From Octopus vulgaris (taxonomy: Eukaryota), in contig OX597817.1 of assembly GCA_951406725.2 (NCBI GenBank), positions 70,618,001 to 70,682,000 on the forward strand: a DNA stretch of 64,000 nt, written 5' to 3'. The notes beneath the pieces were generated by a model. That model had not been told where the DNA came from, did no database searches, and saw only the letters and a program-made list of their open reading frames with translations. A program made the position numbers and the translations under genes. Below, one piece after another: positions 61,091 through 64,000 of the stretch (the stretch's first letter is position 1; every line of letters starts with the position of its first letter).

Positions 61091-61403
61091 ATTTTTGACT
61101 TACATATATGTATACACACACATACACACACACGAGCACACACCACAGCAAATGATATTTACAGTAACATCGCAAAAATAGTATAAAAATTAAATCTAAT
61201 TGTAACAAAGTAAGAAATATGAATTTAACGTAGCATTAAATAGTTTATGAATGTTCCTGTATATCTTCCTTGAATTTTCTTCGTTCAGTTTCTCTAGATG
61301 TAATAAATTATATCGCTTTCAGCTTAGCTTTATTGAGCACTTTTACCAAGATTCTTGTTTTTGAGACACAATCCTGGTGCATGCATGTACTCGTGTGTGT
61401 GTA

Positions 61404-61455
<52 letters not shown>

Positions 61456-62029
61456 ATAAACATCAGAGATGCTCTGCCCCACGCACAGACTACAGGAGCT
61501 ACTTAGAGATATTACAAGCTCTTCTTCTGGATCCATCACGATGTCGAAAAGCCTTCCGTGTCATCAGCAGAGATTTGAGAATCATAAGCGTTTCGTCCCT
61601 TACTTGGCTTTTACGCTCAGCCTGAGTGGGGCAGCGAGGAATTAACTAGTCTTTGCCTCTATTTGCGGTGTGTGTGTGTGTTATGCACGAAACATGGATA
61701 TTCTGAGTAACTTTTGAAGTATTTTCAGCTTCACAACCAATCAACTTTGATACACTCTAAAGACATTTATTAACGTATTTGCATCCCTATTTTCTTTGGT
61801 AAAAACCAAACGTACTCATTATATAATTATTGTATGTGCCTGTGAAGTGAATATATATTATATGGCAGTATATGTAATCGCGCTTACAGGTGCACCTACG
61901 AGGTCTCATAGCCTGTTTTTAATAGCAGCCAAACCTACCTCATGCGATGAAATAGCCTCACCACCCAATGTTGGCCAGACTTCATTACACAAAATTAACA
62001 TTTAGATATTACATCAGTAACCAACCAAT

Positions 62030-62410
62030 CTGTGAGTAGCCATGGAGACATTACAAATATTCGCCAATCAGCGTTAGTATCCATAGAAACATTATAAGGT
62101 TCGCCTATCAACGTTAGTATCCATGGAGACATCACACAGGTTCACAACCTAACATGGGTATCCCAAGTTCACTAGCTAAAGTTAGTATCCATGGAGACAT
62201 CACACAGGTTCACAACCTAACATGGGTATCCCAAGTTCACTAGCTAAAGTTAGTATCCATAGAAACATTATACTAGTTCACCAACATCAAGTGCCTATAG
62301 AAAAATCATGCGAGTTTGCCAATCAACCAGCGTTAATTATCCATAGAAACATTACACTGCTTCGCCAACCAATGTTAGGATCAATAGCAACATTACACAT
62401 GTTCACAATT
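62030..62410. repeat. Diverged minisatellite (about 40-bp unit) with an exact 68-bp internal duplication
   Basis: gttagtatccat(a/g)ga(a/g)acat.. recurs. Confidence 0.8.
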
Positions 62411-63321
62411 TAACGAGATGAATGAGTCGTACAATTACGTTTGTTCACTGTACAACGTGAGTATCAATAGAAACCAACGCGAATTAATCATTGTACGTTG
62501 CTCTAATTCCAAGCCAAACGTAAGCATGGAGTGAACTGTCACACAAGAATTCATGGTACTATCAACAGCCATGCATAATAGAGACGTAGTGCCCCCAGCC
62601 CTGTCTGATGTACGAAATTGTTGCGCAAAAGTGCGATGCTCGTCCACTTTGGAAGGTTAATCAGGTGACACAACACAAGACTAGGTTTTTATGTTTTATT
62701 GCAATCAATACTTTCGTGCGAAAACATAGTACATAGCAACGATACGAGGTTCTCTCTCACACACACACGAACATAGACACGTTACGTGTGTGTGTGTGTT
62801 TGTCTGTGTGTGTGTACATATATGTATGTGTGTATGTATTCACACGTAAATACATGTGCTTTTTTATATATAACTATGCAAGTATACGTATTTATATATA
62901 TATGTATGCAATAAATACATACATTTATATATGCGTCTCTATAAATATACGATCATGTTCAAACACATGCGTAAATATAGGCATACACACACACACACAC
63001 ACACACAAATAAACACACACATGCACAAATACATAAACACACACACACACACACACACAAATAAACACACACAAATCAGATTACAGCTGTGTGATGTACG
63101 ACTTTCATGTACTGAACAAAAAATTTTTTAAGAACTGATTAATTACTAATGTATGTGTTTGTTTATTGGCAAAGATTAATAAAAAATGATTATTGACAAA
63201 GACACACACACATACTCCCGGGGTGACAGGTTCAAATACATGCCAATATATGTGTGTTTGTGTGTGTATGTTTATACATACACATATTTTACATTTAAGT
63301 ATTATTATATATGTGTGTGTG

Positions 63322-63354
<33 letters not shown>

Positions 63355-63365
63355 TTGTACCGATG

Positions 63366-63431
<66 letters not shown>

Positions 63432-64000
63432 GAGATAGATAGAGAGATAGAGAGATAAAATTTGTGTAGCTGAAATCAACTTGCAGTTTCGTCGCGTGAA
63501 AAATCCCACATTTCCTCGGGCTGTCATATCAACAAAAACAACAAACAAAAAAAAGCAAAAACAAAAAAAAAAACGCAATATTAATGGAAAGGACCGGAAA
63601 TTTTGCTTTGATCACGCAATATCAGAAACATTAAAGCGAAGGTTAACTACACTTTTAGAACACGGGAAATCTCTCAGGGTGTCGAGTTTGGAAAAGAAGT
63701 AATCCGCATTTGAAATACGGGAACAAAAACAAGAATATAGGATTTATTACCAAGTTAATACATAGCAAGAGTCGGAGCAAATGGGTGTCTCGTATTGGTA
63801 TTACACGGAATTATTCGATACTCATACGTCATGGGTTTATTTCGAAGAACTATGTTTGTAATTAAGGGGTAATTAAAGAAAAGTTTTAGTATGAAATTGC
63901 CTGGATCGATTACTGAATCTATGCAAGTACATAACCGATCTTGAAACGCCATAAAGTATTATATATACACACGCCAGACTGATCATAAACTTTTAGCTCT

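Noticed and set aside
62030-62410. CRISPR-like repeat/spacer appearance
   Set aside because: Eukaryotic context, degenerate repeats, linkers homologous to each other, and no cas genes.

Overview
AT-rich eukaryotic non-coding DNA, almost certainly coleoid cephalopod (Octopus-like; inferred from the SINE set and the extreme microsatellite load). It is dominated by (TA)n/(CA)n/(TAGA)n/(TACA)n tracts and dozens of tRNA-derived SINE copies, with four non-autonomous Helitrons and decayed fragments of R4/Dong, RTE and CR1/Jockey-group LINEs and of pogo, mariner, Tc1 and Tigger-like transposons. No intact host gene is visible. The only candidate is an open frame on the minus strand running off the left edge. 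Nearly all ORFs in the track are translated microsatellites. The standout is a near-identical 362-bp tandem array with an inverted arm (21993-23860). Each complete unit carries a type I hammerhead ribozyme fold with a compensatory U3-A8 core and a palindromic stem III, i.e. a retrozyme or Penelope-pLTR-like self-cleaving repeat. Several other minimal hammerhead-like motifs lie in short elements inserted into (TA)n. Coordinates of decayed repeats are approximate, and family names come from motif recognition, not database searches.
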